Source: Rhina ancylostomus
Taxonomy: Eukaryota
Assembly: GCA_030265395.1 (NCBI GenBank)
Contig: JARFYF010000119.1
Span: 45,697,260 to 45,761,259 of the forward strand
Direction of reading: 5' to 3'
DNA length: 64,000 nucleotides
Part shown: positions 62,411 through 64,000 of the stretch, piece after piece
Position numbering within the stretch: the stretch's first letter is position 1
Layout of the letters: every line of letters begins with the position of its first letter
Translations under genes and position numbers: made by a program
Notes under the pieces: generated by a model
The model's input: only the letters and a program-made list of their open reading frames with translations
The model's database searches: none
What the model was told of the DNA's origin: nothing

Positions 62411-64000
62411 AAAGGCCAGGCAACATCTATGCTGAGAGAAAATAGAGTTAACATCCCAGTTCGACGATGTGCCATTGTTTGCAATTTAATACTTGGTTTC
62501 AGTCAATGGGCAAGTTCCACCTGGGTCATCACTGTAACACTTGACAATTCTTAGTTTTGTTTTACCTCCAGGAGCTAATTTAAGCCAAAGTCAAAAGACT
62601 TGTTCGTGGTGGCAACAAACCTCAAAGGGTGCAGGTTCCAATCTCTTCTGATGATGGATCACTAACCTGAAGCATCCATTCTTTCTCCTCCTATTTATAC
62701 TGCTTCACCTGATAAGCTCTTGCAACATTTTCTGTTTTTGTTTCGGATCTCCAGCAGGTTTTGGTCCATGGGGACAGATTTATTAGTTATAAGCACAACT
62801 GGTTTACTGAGTTGCATCTCTTACAAAAACAATGCCTGTTCCTTGCCCTTCAAGTGTCTGTGGGGTGGTCCCGTTAGCCCCTGCTGTGACCTATTGACTG
62901 CAGCTTTTCTTCCTCTTGGTCACTCTTGCTCTTCCTTGTTCCTTACATTTAAATGATTTTACTTTTCATGGCAACTGATGGTCTCCTAAGCTATCTCACA
63001 CTATCAGTCAGCAGAACATCTTTCTGTTTTAGTCATTATTAGCCCTGTTCCTTCTTTCTTAGGCTGAGCTAACCTTGAACTAGGACTTTAATATAACCAG
63101 TCTCATACTCTGCTGCAAATAGCCTTGCTTCAGTGATAAGATCTTTAATTCTCCCATTGCTCCCTTTCTCTTAATCCACTTGTTTTGGATATTGTCATCC
63201 ATTTCTTGTACTGAATTAGTACTCTGTTCCCACTATCCATTGTCTCAAGTGCAACACTGCCCCAGCACATTGTCTTATGTTCACTGTGTGCAGGTTTAAT
63301 TAATTCCTTCTTCAGCCCTTCCGTGCAGTTTGTATTGTTTTTGACTTAACTGATGGCCATGCTTTGCTTTTAGACTTGAAACAATGTATTGTTACGTACC
63401 AGCAACAAAAGAAACACACTGAGACATGTATGTGTTAAAATCTATTAATAACTACTTANNNNNNNNNNNNNNNNNNNNNNNNNNNNNNNNNNNNNNNNNN
63501 NNNNNNNNNNNNNNNNNNNNNNNNNNNNNNNNNNNNNNNNNNNNNNNNNNNNNNNNNNTGTGCTCTGTGACTGTTTCTTTGTTTTAAACTTTTCCAATAA
63601 AACTTTGTGAAGCACCAAGTTGTTTTCAGCTCATTTCTGGACTCCTGAAAGAACCTGCGCATTCAAAAATAACTGGACCCGACATGGTGTTGGAAAAAGT
63701 TACAGAGTTGGGGAAGGATGAGACCAGGGAATGATTTGAACATAGAGCAGGAATTTTAAGGTGGAGGTATAGCTGGGCTGGAGGTCAGTGTAGTTCACAG
63801 TTGGAGGGTGATAATGAACAAGAACTTGGAAGACGTGCCGGTCTGCATTGTATCGTTCATGCACAAGAATACGGCCTGACCCTCACGCCTGACCTGCATT
63901 CAATGTCCCCAGTTCCCCAATCTTTCAAAAATGTATTTACTTCCACCTTAAATAATGAGTCTCTACAACCCTCTGGGCAGAGAATTCCAGAGATTCACAA

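Noticed and set aside
1-64000. CRISPR array, retron/DGR or other prokaryotic RT-based system
   Set aside because: There is no regularly spaced repeat-spacer array. All RT fragments are frameshifted eukaryotic LINE or Penelope relics, and the recurring motifs are dispersed TE termini.

Overview
Vertebrate nuclear DNA, most likely a cartilaginous fish (shark/ray), judged from its repeats: HE1/V-SINE-type SINEs, CR1, Rex1/Babar, RTE, L2 and Penelope-like elements. It comes from a gapped draft assembly. One protein-coding gene is supported: pkia (cAMP-dependent protein kinase inhibitor alpha), + strand, two coding exons (42136-42286 and 51091-51170). These give a 76-aa protein, [76 protein letters not shown], followed by a roughly 2.3 kb 3'UTR with no recognisable repeats. 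The rest is intron/intergenic DNA rich in decayed retroelements, and the other track ORFs are chance ORFs or TE relics. I see no prokaryote-type system (no CRISPR, operon or rRNA/tRNA gene) and cannot claim a new biological system. The best leads are an overlapping uORF across the pkia start codon, decayed hammerhead-ribozyme motifs in Penelope termini, a CpG-rich Tx1-clade insertion with a target-site duplication, an unclassified ~800-bp inverted-repeat element, and candidate muscle and cAMP-responsive enhancers. Repeat boundaries were read by eye and are approximate.
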